A DNA stretch of 64,000 bases, taken from contig NC_043000.1 of the NCBI RefSeq assembly GCF_006345805.1, positions 126,852,001-126,916,000 of the forward strand. Reading direction: 5' to 3'. The translations under genes were made by a program, and so were the position numbers. The stretch comes from Octopus sinensis. Its lineage: Eukaryota. Below the pieces are notes generated by a model. That model ran no database searches, was not told the origin of the DNA, and saw only the letters and a program-made list of their open reading frames with translations. Position 1 is the stretch's first letter. The number at the start of each line of letters is the position of its first letter. Below, piece by piece: positions 27,888 through 41,180 of the stretch.

Positions 27888-28520
27888 CTGATATTTTTTC
27901 TGTTGATCAACAAGTTGTTCTAAATTCCCTTGGATTTCAACTGCAAGTTCATTTTCAATTTGAGCAAGGTATGCCATCCACAAAGAACATTTTTCAGTAA
28001 AACCTTGCTGGAGTAAAACATTATCTTGCAAACTATGACAAAGTTCTACTGTCTCTGATTTTAGTTGATACCACTTGTGATTTAATTCTTGTAGTTCTTG
28101 AATAGAATTATCACTCAAAACCATTCTGTAGCCAAGCTCATTGAGGCTGTCCAACAATGGAGCGTTTATATTAAACTCAATGAGAAGTTCTTTAAACTGT
28201 ATGAAACTGTCTTTTGTAACAATATCTTCACTTGCTGACTGATTGGGTCGATTACTGAGGGTATCACTTGCTTTCTGAAGGAAACAGTTTATAGTCTCCA
28301 TCAGTTGTTCAAAGCGTTTGTACTGGAATAAATTGTCAGAGATTTGACGGCTCAGTTTATCAGCTGAATGTCTCAGCAACAAAAGCCGTTGCTCCAGTGC
28401 AGTTTGACGAGAGGTCATGCTCACTATGGATACAGCATCAAGTTTAGGTCCCATTTCGTCACTCAGCTGATATAACTCTGGTAGTTTTGATTGGAATACA
28501 TCCAAAGCAACCTGCAATTC
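27888..28520 (-). CDS. SYNE1: Exon 13 (633 nt, 0-0) ELQVALDVF...QQKKYQ
   Basis: catcttgcag acceptor, CAG|GTAATG donor; strongest recalled nesprin-1 similarity (LNELGYR, LAVEIQGN). Confidence 0.95.
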
Positions 28521-29249
28521 CTGCAAGATGAATATAGTACAAATGATATTTAACTGAATAATGTATCCATTATTACATTTACACAAGAATAATGTGAAGA
28601 AAAGCTACAACATGGAGGTTAATAATTGATACTGTCATTATGGATGGTGTGATTAAATATCAAAATATTGTTCTTTCGATGCTTCTAGTTTCCATAATCA
28701 CTGGCATCTTTGAAGTCAACATATTCATCATCCTCGTTACACCTGCTGTCACCAACATAATAAAAAATACAACAACAATGATAATAACTGAAATAATGGT
28801 TTTATGAGCATATTTCCAGAAGCTGTTCTATTAATGGATGCTCTTCTTGGCAACGAAAGCATCAATTATAAAATGGAACCAGGACCTATTTCTTTATATG
28901 ATCATCTAAAGTATGTACATTAAAAGGTGCTGTTTAATTATTACATTATACATAAAAACCAATGGTAGCAGCTTGCTGGCGACAGATATCTTCACTACAG
29001 TATCATGAGGCTGAAAACATTGATTTCTTTTCAATTCATTTTGAATTTTTCAAAATCATACATTTAATGAGATTATAGATTTTTCTCACCTTTAAAAACA
29101 CAGAGAAGTGATTAAACTGAATCATAAAATGACACATTGTACAGAAACAATAATCCAACATGTTCTTTTATTAGCAAGAAGAGGAAGGAGGGACAGATGG
29201 CTTTTCAGAGTCTTCAACAGAGAAGAATAAGTAGGTGAGGGTAAATATG

Positions 29250-29480
29250 TTTAACCCTTTGGTGACCGTATTTCTGCTAAAATACACTCTCTTTGTTTCA
29301 ATTAATTTTGAAAAGAATGAAGAATTTAATAAAAATATTTGTTGCCTATTATCAAAAAGGTGTCAGAAGCATAGATTAACATGTAATTTCAAAAGAAAGT
29401 TTTAATTTGGATAACTTTGAACAGGAGTTTGTATCACAGAAATAGGGGTAGTCTCAGATGGGGTTAGTCTCAAAAGGGCT
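29250..29480. mobile_element. piggyBac-like MITE relic (TTAACCCTT terminus)
   Basis: Related fragments at ~17290-17430, 53520-53725 and 60240-60480 share tttcaattaattttgaaa and ...tatcaaaagggttaa-like ends. Confidence 0.55.
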
Positions 29481-30484
29481 ATTCACTCTGAACACCAGGT
29501 AAATCAGGCAGGGTAAAGTAGGAAAGGAAGCTAAGAGATGAAGTACTGAGCAGATGAAATAAACATCATAGATACTTTGTCCTAAGCCACAGCTACTTAA
29601 AGATGTTGCAAGTTCTGTTTCCTGATGGAGAGTAAAACAGCTGTATTGTCAGAAAGTCTTCTGTATCTTCATCAAGTATCTCAAAGCCACAATCATTTCA
29701 ACCCTTAACCTGTAGGCATCATCTGAATGGGGCAATGAAGACTGAATTAGCCTTTGTCTACAGAAGGGGTCTATTTATTATTCTTTTGTCATCATCAGAA
29801 GAAATACATTTGGTGTTGGGTCTAGCGGGGGGAGGATTTGCTGAAATGTATTAAAATGGACAGAAGTAGAATAGATCAGGGGTGGAGGCTATGACTACAG
29901 AATGCCCCAAGGAATAAAACATGGACAATCCAGAAAAGTCTTTTACAGGTTAAGGTCCATGATGCACACTTCAACAGCTGGCCATTATGCGGAATTAGTA
30001 TATGTATTCATGATTTCACATGTTAATGTTTACATAAGAGCTTCTTATGTGTTGAAAAGAAAAAAAATCAATCAGTGAAACTAAATGTAATATGAACCAA
30101 GCCTTTGTTGTAAAGAAATACCTCATACACAAACCATAAGCGCTTTGCTGAAAGGATATGACTTGCAGTATAACGAAACACAATACAAATTAACAAAGGC
30201 ATTGTAATTGATCAATTGATATACTAGAAATAATTGTTAACTATTTCTTAAACTAGACTTTACCTGCCACTTAAAACTAAAATAATGTAATATGAGATAA
30301 TGCATACCTGGATATGCTTGTACCTGAATAAAATATGGCTGGAACACTTTTGATCATAAGTGTTAACAAATCAAGGATGACCTTGGGACACAAATTAACT
30401 AAATGTTTTACAATACAACAGAAGATTATTCATGTTGCAATACAGAGAAGTATAAGGAAGTTTAAAAGATTTGTACAACAGTAC

Positions 30485-30677
30485 CTCGATTCTGTTTAGG
30501 TTAGTCTTCAGTTGACCATCATCAGCACAACTCTGTGCTAATTCATCCCAAGATTTCTCAATTTGAGCCATTTCCTGGCTAAAGTACAAATATTTGTCAT
30601 CATAAGCCCTCCACATGTCCAGACATTGTTCCAGAAACTTAGCTCGATCTTGTAACTCAGCTGTTAAAGTCTTCCAC
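30485..30677 (-). CDS. SYNE1: Exon 12 (193 nt, 2-0) (R)WKTLTAEL...LNRIE
   Basis: ttttgcctcag acceptor, GAG|GTACTG donor. Confidence 0.9.
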
Positions 30678-30932
30678 CTGAGGCAAAAAAAAAAAAAAGA
30701 ATTAAAGACCAATTCAAATGGACATAAAAATATACATAAAGATTTATATTGTAGGTAGTTAGGACAAATTCCAGCTGTTTCCTCATGAAGCATATCTGCT
30801 TATTTCCTTGTTACAATTTAATATGTGGTCTCAGATGCTGTTGTATGTTAGTTCAATTAAGGAAATATTATTTGCAGAGCTATCATATAACAAAACATGA
30901 AACTGGCAATTTTACGGTATTATCTATTCACC

Positions 30933-31029
30933 GTTACATACATTTCATTTGCTAATAGGAATTACAGAGTTTTACATGTCTAACATGTAAAACTCTATAA
31001 TTCCTATTAGGAAATGAAACATGTGTAAC
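30933..31029. repeat. 47-bp inverted repeat, 3-nt loop
   Basis: 5 mismatches over 47 bp by hand. Confidence 0.9.
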
Positions 31030-31099
31030 ATTATATAAATAATACTAGAAAATTTCCAATTTCTTATTTCATTACACAAAGATATATATATATATATAC

Positions 31100-31256
31100 A
31101 TACATGTATATAAATTAGAGAAGAACCACCATGTAGCAATTCAACAATGATATACTTAAATCACACCATATATAAAAAAAAAATTTTCTACATGATTTAA
31201 GTATATCATTGTTGAATTGCTACATGGTGGTTCTTCTCTAATTTATATACATGTAT
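31100..31256. repeat. Perfect 64-bp inverted repeat, 29-nt loop
   Basis: 31100-31163 is the exact reverse complement of 31193-31256. Confidence 0.95.
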
Positions 31257-31854
31257 TATATATTGTGAAATTTGATTTAGTATTACTAAATTGAATTTTT
31301 CCCTGTAAGTTTGAAATCATAGTCCCTAATATTATTATGTATATAGGGAGAATTCAGAAAAAAACTAAAGATGAAGACAGGTGGTGTAGATAACAAACAG
31401 ATGTATTAGTATAATGTTCAGGAAGTGAAAAAGTTTTTAACAAACGCTTTCCAGCTTTGGTTTTTCTCATTCACTGTAGTTGCTCTGTTTTCACAAAATT
31501 GCTTGCAGCAGTCTGGATGCAATCTCACCACACCTCCCCCTGTGCTACAACTTCTTCCCACCCTGTAGGGTCTATCCCTGTTTCAGTGAGCTGGCATTTC
31601 AGCTGGTCTTTGAAACATTTCTTGGGATCTCCTGTCATTTTTGCCATGGCTAATATATACATGTGCGTGTGTGTGTGTGTGATGTGTGTGTGTGTATGTC
31701 TGCAGTTTTGAATAAATAATACTAAAAAAATTGTAATATACAGGGTGGTCTATAAATTGCTTTACCATTTTGTATACATGTGTGAATATAATAGTGAAGT
31801 CACATGGATCATCCTCTCTCTCTCTCTCTCTTTATACACACACACACATATCCA

Positions 31855-32110
31855 TACACGTGGCATGTAAAAAGCACCAACTGATCATGGCCGTTTCCAG
31901 CCTCCCCTGGCACTTGTGCCGGTGGCATGTAAAAAGCACCCACTACACTCACGGAGTGGTTGGCATTAGGAGGGGTGTCCAGATGTAGAAACACTGTCAG
32001 ATCAGACTGGAGCCTGGTACAGCCTCTTGGCTTCCCAGACCACGGTCGAACCGTCCAACCCATGTTAGCATGGAAAACAGACGTTAAACGATGATGATGA
32101 TGATGATGAT
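31855..32110 (+). mobile_element. RTE LINE 3' UTR fragment with (GAT)n tail
   Basis: Same sequence as 1-352; further copies at ~33165, 36170, 42075, 47820, 50010, 61620 (+) and 21140, 61845 (-). Confidence 0.8.
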
Positions 32111-32241
32111 ATGTATGTGTGTGTCTTTATTCAACTTAATATATTTGATTATGCAAAAATCATCTCGTTGATGTGAATATTATGAAACAAATTGAAATTA
32201 TGCATTAACAAATCATAATGTTTTCGTTTTATGAAACCAAC

Positions 32242-32375
32242 CTGTTTTGTATGTTACTTGTGGTGTTTTGGATATCATGCTTCACAGGAACTTCACAAAT
32301 TTGGAGCAACTCTGTAGCAACAGCAATTAGATTTTCTTGTTTGGGAGCCTTTTGTTGAATCTCACCAGAAAGAGA
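32242..32375 (-). CDS. SYNE1: Exon 11 (134 nt, 0-2) SLSGEIQQK...SNIQN(R)
   Basis: ttttatttacag acceptor, AG|GTTGGT donor; phase 2 matches exon 12. Confidence 0.85.
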
Positions 32376-32454
32376 CTGTAAATAAAAGACATTGTATAGA
32401 AAAATGAAATGAAAATTTATTCATAATACTGAGTTCTTTTGACGAGGACAAAAT

Positions 32455-32690
32455 TCTTATTTCTTATTTCTTCACTGCCCACAAGGGGCTACACACAGAG
32501 GGGACAAACAAATGGATTAAGTCGATTATATCGACCCCAGTGTGTAACTGGTACTTATTTAATTGACCCTGAAAGGATGAAAGGGAAAGTTGACCTCGGT
32601 AGAATTTGAACTTAGAACGTAATGGCAGATGAAATACCACTAGGCATTTCGTCCGGTGTGCTAACGTTTCTGCCAGCTCGCCGCCTTTAT
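32455..32690 (-). mobile_element. SINE family C
   Basis: Reverse-complement match to 11608-11848. Confidence 0.85.
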
Positions 32691-33395
32691 TCTTATTTCT
32701 TATTTATTTCTTATTCTTATTTATTCAAAATTCTTATTTCTAGTATCAAAGGGTTATCAAGAATTGTTTTATCTCAGTGAGTTTCATATACAGTTCATAC
32801 TTCATGTCCAACACCTGTTTCAGAGCCATAAATCATAATTTATATAACTATGAAACTAAAGTACATAATTGATTAATTTAAATGTTATGTGTTACCCATA
32901 TCCTCAGGAGAAATATATTTTGTGGAACTGGTGAAGACAGAAAGCTAAATGATTCTAAAGTCTTTGACAATTTTATATAACATACTTGTGCTTATCATAT
33001 TTAACCTTTCAACATCTGACATAAAGCAATCTTTCATTCTTAAATACTCTTGCAATTTAGTAGTGAAGTTTTTTGTTCTCTTTTTCTTGTTCCTTTCTAT
33101 TTTGCAAGTTGTTTGGTAACTTCACTAGTGCTGGTGGTATGAAAAAGTACCAGATACCTGCTATAAAGTGGTTGGCATTAGGAAGGGCATCCAGCTACAG
33201 AAACCTCGATAGAGCTGATACTAGAGGTTGGAATAGCCTTGCAGCTTGCTGGATCCTGTCAACTGCCCAACCCAAGTCAGCATGGAAAACAGATGTTAAA
33301 TGATGATGATGATATAAGGTTTAAATATCTGACATTCAAATATATTAGACAACATAGAGAGAAAGATTAACATGAAAAGAATGTATTAATTTTAC

Positions 33396-33731
33396 CTTCA
33401 ATTTAGAGATTTGTATCTTAAGTGTATGGTAGTCCCCAATGGTTAAACTGCTGTTACTACCGAGATAGTATTCCAGCTCTGTTAACAAGTTAAGGACCAA
33501 TGTCTTTTCAGTAGAATATTCATTCCATTTGATTTTGACATCATTTAGATATTTTTCCTGCTGTGTAAGGCGGTTGTTAGTTTGTTGCCATTCTTTCACA
33601 GTGCCATCAATCTTCTCCTTTACCATTTTCTTGCTTCCTGAAGGTGCACGCTTAAGTTGCATCAACTCATTTCCAAGCAGCTTTAATTTTTCAACATCAG
33701 CTTCCTTAGACAGCAATTTTTCATGAAGTGC
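33396..33731 (-). CDS. SYNE1: Exon 10 (336 nt, 0-0) ALHEKLLSKE...QISKLK
   Basis: ttgttgtag acceptor, AAG|GTAAAA donor; ORF 33345..33716. Confidence 0.92.
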
Positions 33732-34111
33732 CTACAACAATAACAACAAATACACTAAGAATATTGTTGGAATTAAATTATGCGAGATATATATTTAGTA
33801 GAAGAGCAAAATATAAAATCAATGTGAATTGCTAGTTCAATTATTAACAAATGTTAGGAATCTTAAGAGAATCGAAATATAATTGTATTATAATGTAATA
33901 CGTGACAGATGTTATATTATATAGGTGGCTAAGTTTTAGATATAAAATCCGTTAATGTCTTTTGGCTCAGAAATACATTTACATAGATACATTTTGTTTA
34001 TTCTTTCTAAATTGAATCCTAAATTTGGGTTGAAGTATGCCAAAAAGTGCATTATGTAAAAATGCAAAAAAAAATGTAAATTTCATCCTAGATTCCTCCT
34101 ATACTATATGC

Positions 34112-34462
34112 AGGTATTGTTGTGTGGTTAGCAAGCCCACTTTGCAACTATGTGGTTTGGGGTTCAATCCTACTGTGTAGCATTCTAGGCAAATGTCTTT
34201 TACTATAGCCATGGGCTGAACCAATGTCTTATGAGTTGATTTAGTTGGTGTTAACTATGTTGTATATATGTATTTATATAATTATGTGTTTGTGTTTGTC
34301 CTCTCCATCTCCACTTGACAACTGATGTTGGTTTGTTTACATCCCTATTTCCTAGTAGTTGGGCAAAAGAGACCAATATGATAAGGAGCTGATTTTTCAA
34401 CTAAACCTTTCAAAGTACTGAATCAGCATGGCCACAGTCCAATGACCGGAGCAAGTAAAAGT
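34112..34462 (+). mobile_element. Diverged SINE family A
   Basis: Head and 3' motifs recognisable. Confidence 0.7.
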
Positions 34463-35028
34463 ATAATTAAGAACTTCTCAGTGTAGTGAGATTATTATTA
34501 AAATTAATAAGTAGTAAATTTATTAATAATTAATAAATTAAATACTAGGATTAATATAAATTACTGCTCCTGCTTCCAAAATTTGTAGTCTTGTGCTTAT
34601 GTTGGAAATTAGTAACAATTGCTTGTTACATGAACATGAAGTCTGAAATTTAGGATGGGGTTTGTTGATTAAAGTGACCCCGAAATTTTATTGATTCCAG
34701 AAAGGCAATATTGTCTTTAGTGGAATTTGATCTCAGAATGAAAAAGGACTCAGAAGAAACATCACAACATATTTTTCCCTGATAATCTAAGAGTAACAGA
34801 AATGAATTTACAAAACTGCTCATTCATAAAGATGGAATTTTTGATATAATATGAGGATGTTTTTTTGTGGATTTCATCTAATTCTTTTGGGTTTTTAAGA
34901 TGAAGTTCTCATACGAAGTCAGTAAGCAGCTACTCATACAAATTTATGAATGTTCTGAAGCACCACGCCAAGTCTCACTACATCACCTTCATACCTATAC
35001 CTCCAATTAACAATCCTGTTTAACTTAC

Positions 35029-35361
35029 CTGACATTCTTTGATGCTGTGCTTCACATTAACCTCCATGCCAATTAACTCATGCTTTTTAATCCGGTCATT
35101 TAATTCAACAAGCCAGTTAGAAAGATCTCGATGAAGACTTTCAAATTCTTCCCATTTATCAACAAGTGTTGTTAACATGGTCAGATTTGCCAGTAGTTCC
35201 TCATTCACTTTATTCCACTGTTCATTCAGATCAGACAGTTTTCCTGCAAATTCAGCCTTCTCAGCATGAGCACTGGGAGAATCTTCATTTGATGGTTTTA
35301 GCACACAGTGGTTAACAAAGTCCAAAGTAAGCTGTTTATTTTCAAGTTCTATTTTGAAACC
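35029..35361 (-). CDS. SYNE1: Exon 9 (333 nt, 0-0) GFKIELENKQLTLDFVN...SIKECQ
   Basis: aatttcag acceptor, CAG|GTAAGT donor; spectrin motif WEEFESLHRDLSNWL. Confidence 0.93.
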
Positions 35362-35574
35362 CTGAAATTATAAATTAATGAGATACATCATTCATTATCA
35401 ATCTATATTTGTGTAAGTTTTCAAACTAAAAAATGTAAAGTTTAATCTGATTCATTAAAAAAAATAGCTTTCAAAAAGAATATCCAATGATTTGGTCAGA
35501 TAAATATTAAAAAAAATTTTTCTTTTTAAATTCATGTTGAATATAAACAAAATATTAATTACAATATTTCGTTT

Positions 35575-35875
35575 TTGGATTTGGTTTGCAAGATTCTTTA
35601 TATGAAGCATATTCTGTTGTGTCTGGGGAGTCATTTTCTTTTTGTGCTGTATAATGTAACACACTCACGGGTAAAATTTCCACTTATTCCTTATTTTTAT
35701 TTTCCTTAAATTTTTGTTGTGTCTTGCAACCTTTTCAATAGTCTTGACTCAAAGTTGCAAGATGCAATGAAACTTTTAGAAACATAAAAATAAGAAATAA
35801 GTGGAAATTTTACCAGTGAGTGTGTTACATTATAAGGCACAAAAAGAAAATGACTCTCCCCAGACACAACAGAAT
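35575..35875. mobile_element. Second copy of the palindromic foldback element
   Basis: Matches 2331-2640 along its length. Confidence 0.75.
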
Positions 35876-36367
35876 TAATTACAATGTTAGATTAATAAAG
35901 ATTATTATGAAAGAATTTACAGACTGTTGAGTTGCCATGTATCTCCTGCAGGGAAGCTGCATACTTCTCTTGTGGTAATCCTGATCTCCTTTATAGCAAG
36001 GCATTTGTGCCTGTCCCTTTGTCATACTTCAACCTCTCAACACTTGGCATAATACCACCTCCCTCTTTATGACAACCCCACTTGGTTGAGGGTCTTTATT
36101 TCGTCTTGTGAGTAACTTGGTGACCTCACTAGTGCTGATATCACAAAAAAGCACTTAGTACACACTATAAAGTAGTTGGCATTAGGAAGGGCATCCAGCC
36201 ATAGAAACCATGCCAAAACCAACACTAGAGCACAATGCAGTCCCTAGCTCAGTGGATCCTACCAAACTGTCCAATCCATGTTAGTATGGAAGAATAATTA
36301 TAAAGATGATAATGATGACGATTGCATAGTAATTTCTGAAGAAAAGTAAAATAGATGATGGACTTAC

Positions 36368-36694
36368 TTGATATTTTTTCAACATTGGACTGATTTTTGA
36401 AGGCAAACTAATTTGCTTTTTAGCATCACTAGCAATGGCTTTGCTGACCTTCTTCAAAAAGAAACCAAGCTCTTGCAATGCTTGCCGGGAAGGCATTAGT
36501 GCCATTTGAGCACTGTGGAGAATTTGTTCAGTGCAGCTGATATCTTGTTGTAGTTTGTCCCACTGAACTTTAATTGTATCAATATTAATGTTTAAAGTAC
36601 TCAAGATACTAGGTTGATGTTCTTGAAGTTGGAATACAATTGAGAGCAGCTTATTTTTTGTGGCTAGTTCACTGTCAACATCTTTGCGGAATTC
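36368..36694 (-). CDS. SYNE1: Exon 8 (327 nt, 0-0) EFRKDVDSE...MLKKYQ
   Basis: ctgtttgcag acceptor, CAA|GTAAGT donor; about one spectrin repeat. Confidence 0.92.
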
Positions 36695-37536
36695 CTGCAA
36701 ACAGAAATTAATAAAACTAGATTAGCAAACAGCTGTTTTGGCTAAGAATACAAGACAACATTCAGTAATGAGTGCCACTTTGTATTCTCATACATACCAG
36801 TGATTATAAGTAATTTAAGTCTTAATGACAGGTTTAAGAATAGATTGCTAAAAAGAACCAAAAGTAAGATAAAAATGTATTATCTTTTAACAAAGAATAT
36901 TACAATATTTGATTTGATTTTTAAAATCTTTTACTCAGGAAGCAAGGCAATATCCAGGACTCTTTACAAGGCCTCTGAGACTAGCAGGAGGAAGATATCC
37001 TCAAGAGACGTGGCCCCAACAATTACATCAGAACAGATTCCACTAAAGGCGGTCAAGGTGCCGAGTGATGTCTAAGATTAAATGTAGACCATAATGGGAT
37101 TTGAACTCAGAGTCTATAGCGTCAGAACAGATACCATAGGGCATCATGTCCATTGTTCTGACCTTCCAACAGTTCTGCCAATTCACCATCCTTGACTGGC
37201 ATTTTGTTATCAGCCCTAAAATGATAAAGAAAAGTTGATCTTGGCAGTATTTGAACTCAGAATACAGAGAGGCAGATCAAATACTAAAAGGCATTCTATG
37301 TCTGGCACTTTTCATGGTTCTGTCAATTCACTGCCAATACTATATTTCAAGGGTAATTGACATTTTATTACAATCAATATATTTAGGATGGTAGATACAG
37401 AGTCGGTAGAGCACCAAAGAAAATGCTTTGTGATATCTAATTATGTCCCTTTATGGTTCCTAGTTCAAATCCACTGAGGTCAACTTTACCTTTAATGCTT
37501 TCAGGGTTGATAAAATAAGTACCAGTTGGGCTTTGA

Positions 37537-38335
37537 CTGCTGAGGACATACATAAGCTTGCAAGGAATGAAGCTAGTATGTTCCGCTAGATATGTAATGT
37601 CAGTGTGCATACACGACAGAGTGTAAGCACCCTGAGGGAAAAGTTGAACATAAGAAGCATCAGATGTGATGTGCAAGAGAGACGACTGCACTGGTATGGT
37701 CATGTGTTGCATATGGATGAGGACAGCTGGGTGAAAAAGTGTCACACCCTAGTAGTAGAGGGAACCTGTAGAAGAGGTAGACCCAAGAAGACCTGGGATG
37801 AGGTGGTGAAGCACAACCTTCGAATGTTGGGCTTCACTGAGGCGATGACAAGTGACCGAGACCTTTGGAGATATGCTGTGCTTGAGAAGACCTGGCAAGC
37901 CAAGTAACTGTGGCCTATACCAGTGCAGCGTAACCAGCCCATTTAAGAGCATCCTTCAATCATTGGGCAATAAACTGCGCTTGTAAAGATCTGTTGAGGT
38001 TAGTGAAGTTGTTGTCATGGTTGATGACAGTACTGTCTGATTGGCACCCATGCCAGTGACACGTAAAAAGTACCATTTGAGCGTGGTGATTGCCAGTGCT
38101 GCCACTATTCAAGTGTGGCTGATGCTTGTACCGCCTGACTGGACCTCATGCCGGTGGCATGTAAAAAGTACCCACTATACTCTTGAAGTGGTTGGCATTA
38201 GGAAGGGCATCCAGCTGTAGAAACATTGCCAGAGTGTATTAGAGCTTGGTGCAGCTAGCCCTCAGTCAAACCGTCCAATTCCTGCCAGCATAGAAAGTGG
38301 ATGTTAAATGACGATGATAATGATGATGATGATCA
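37537..38335 (+). mobile_element. 5'-truncated RTE-clade LINE: ORF C-terminus, 3' UTR and (GAT)n tail
   Basis: ORF 37605..37907 LREKLNIRSIRCDVQERRLHWYGHV...EGTCRRGRPKKTWDEVV, then contiguous UTR ending GATGTTAAATGACGATGATAATGATG. Confidence 0.88.
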
Positions 38336-38900
38336 CTGGGATTGATGAAATCAACATTCCCTACCCCACCACCGACCTTGCTCACATTCTGCCATAATTT
38401 GAAAGCAATATATTTTTTTTGTGTTTTCGAATGGTTATCATGTGTCTTCCACACTATAATATAAATTTATATATATGTATTTTTTTTTAATGTTTGTTTA
38501 TACACTGGAGATGTATAAAGAATTGTAATAGAATAAATTTTGGGTTTATAACTGAATTTTCAGAAAGCCATTCAAATATCAGTGAACTGACTATCCAGCT
38601 TTCTTCAGGCTTCATATAGAATATATAAGCTCGTAAAATATAGTTTAGAATTAATAAAAACACTCTGTAAAGGACATTTGTTATTTTCATGCTGGTAACC
38701 GTGGACATTTGCAATAATCATAACAGCAAAGAAATCAGTTGGTGTTGAAAATAAGGAAAATATTATATACAATATTAGTTTTACGATAGTGAATATCAAA
38801 TTATAAATTGTAACAATAATATATAAGATATTGATAACTACAACAAAACAAACAAAGAGATAGCAAATATATACAAATATTTATCTTTATTACAACTCAC

Positions 38901-39063
38901 CAATAATTTTTCCATTTTATTACGAATAATACTAATATTCTGACTGTCTTCCTCTGAAAGCTGACCAAGAGTTGCAAGTTTGATCTTAGCTGTGTCTAAC
39001 CGAGTACACATGATAGAAGCACTGGCATTGTACTGCTCTACTTGGGAATATAAATCTTCAAGG
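38901..39063 (-). CDS. SYNE1: Exon 7 (163 nt, 2-0) (S)LEDLYSQVE...KMEKLL
   Basis: atgtttcag acceptor, TTG|GTGAGT donor; open frame phase-matched to exon 6. Confidence 0.85.
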
Positions 39064-40404
39064 CTGAAACATTAAGATATTATTGTCACAAAGAGAGATT
39101 TTAGGCAATATAATATTTTCATTACTGCTTTCTGACTAGAGTAACATTTAAGCTGTTTAAACATCTCTATTTTCTCACAATCAGACTTTTATTGTCAATA
39201 ATGAAGAGTTTACAATAAACACAGCTATAATGATTAATACCTTCATCACTGCCAACAACTCAGCTCACTTGAAAAGAACTGTTCAAATAGTTTATTTATA
39301 TAGATATAGAGGAATGTGGTAGTCAGACCTTTGAGGCCTCAAATTAAAGCATGAAAAAATTTTGCATCTGCCACACAAACCCTATACACTATTATAGATT
39401 CTATGTAGAGGTATATTACACTATATTACATAAAAAAGACTCTATAATATCTGAAAGCTGTAACACTTGAATATTTTATCTATGTTTATAACATAAAACT
39501 GTTGACAATAACAACACATTTTAATATTAAGCTGTCTTTGTTACAATGATTTGAAATGATGTGAAAATTTGGTTTTTCAATCATGTTTTCAATTCTTGAA
39601 CTGTCACTCTTAAATTAGTAGGAGTACCTTCTGCATGAAAAACATACAGTTAAGTGTTGGTTAGTAAGAGTTTAATATACCTAATGCAATGAGACCATAT
39701 TTTTTAGAAATAAATTAAAATAACAAAGCAATACAAAAAAAAAAAAAAGAAAAAGCATATGCTTTATTGACCAATTCTGCTCAAGAAAAGCAAGGGAGAC
39801 AACTCTGAAAACTAAATTAAAAAAAGATTTTCTGTAGGCATGCAGTGAGAAGTGAGTCTGCTATTTTCTAAGTATAGTAGTAACGCTAGACATGTTTCAG
39901 CTGTATTAGACTTCTTCAGCAAAGCATACTCAGTCTTAATCTAATTCTAGATATGAAATGATTAAATGACAGAAACAACAGGATACTAAATGATAACATT
40001 CATGAAGAGGAGGGAAGAGAAGCATCCTGACAATGCTGTTGATAACGATAATGATGTTTATCCCCAGATCAGCTCCAATTAAGTAAACCAATATCAAAAG
40101 GTATTCCAATTTCATGATCCTGCACTTTCTGTATGTCTAAGACTACATTGTCCAATATGTTCTTCTTTTTGAAGATAGAGATTTAGCTGCTATTTCTAGC
40201 ATGTCAGTTAACTGTGTAAAAGTTACATTGTTACCATGATGAAAATGATGATGATGATTGTGATGATGATAATGATGGTGGTGGTAATAAGGAAAAAGGT
40301 TGGCCATTTTCTCTTGTGGCTGACAACTTGCAGCTATTCTAGAGGAATATTAACTGTGATAAATCAATCAGTCTTGGAGGATCTGTGAAGAACATGTGCA
40401 AGTG

Positions 40405-41180
40405 TAGAGAGTATTTAATAAGTAAGTGTTGAGGTGCTCCAATTCTAAGTGTAGAGACTATTCAATGTGTAAATGTAGAGAATACTTGACGTATAGAATA
40501 CTTGATGAGTAAGTGTGGTGAGTGCTCAATGTATAAATGTAAATCATACTCAATATGTAAGTGTAGAGATTACTCAAAACAAAAGTGTTCAATGAGTAAG
40601 TGTAGTGAGTGCTCAATATGTAAGTGTAGAGACTACTCAATGTATAAGTGTAGAAACTACAAGATGTGTAAGTGTGGACAATACTTAATGTGTAAGTGTA
40701 AACCAGACTCAATATGTAAGTGTAGAGATTACTCAAAACAAGAGAGTGTTTAATGAGTAAGTGTAGTGAGAGCTCAATATGTAAGTGTAGAGACTACTCA
40801 ATGTATAAGTGTAGAAACTACAAGATGTGTAAGTGTGGACAATACTTAATGTGTAAGTGTAAACCAGACTCAATATGTAAGTGTAGAGATTACTCAAAAC
40901 AAGAGAGTGTTTAATGAGTAAGTGTAGTGAGAGCTCAATATGTAAGTGTAGAGACTACTCAATGTATAAGTGTAGAAACTACAAGATGTGTAAGTGTGGA
41001 CAATACTTAATGTGTAAGTGTAAACCAGACTCAATATGTAAGTGTAGAGATTACTCAAAACAAGAGAGTGTTTAATGTAAGTATAGACATTATTCAGTAT
41101 GTGAGAGTACTCAATGACCAAGTGTAGAGGGTGCTCAATGTACGAGAGAACCCAATGTTTAAGTGTAGAGTACCAACTGT
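40405..41180. repeat. Minisatellite with 24-bp monomer in a 161-bp higher-order repeat
   Basis: taagtgt at 40758, 40782, 40806, 40830, 40854, 40878; actcaaaac marker at 40572, 40731, 40892, 41053. Confidence 0.93.

Noticed and set aside
37605-37907. Host protein-coding gene
   Set aside because: It is the C-terminal fragment of an RTE ORF2, lacking the RT and endonuclease domains
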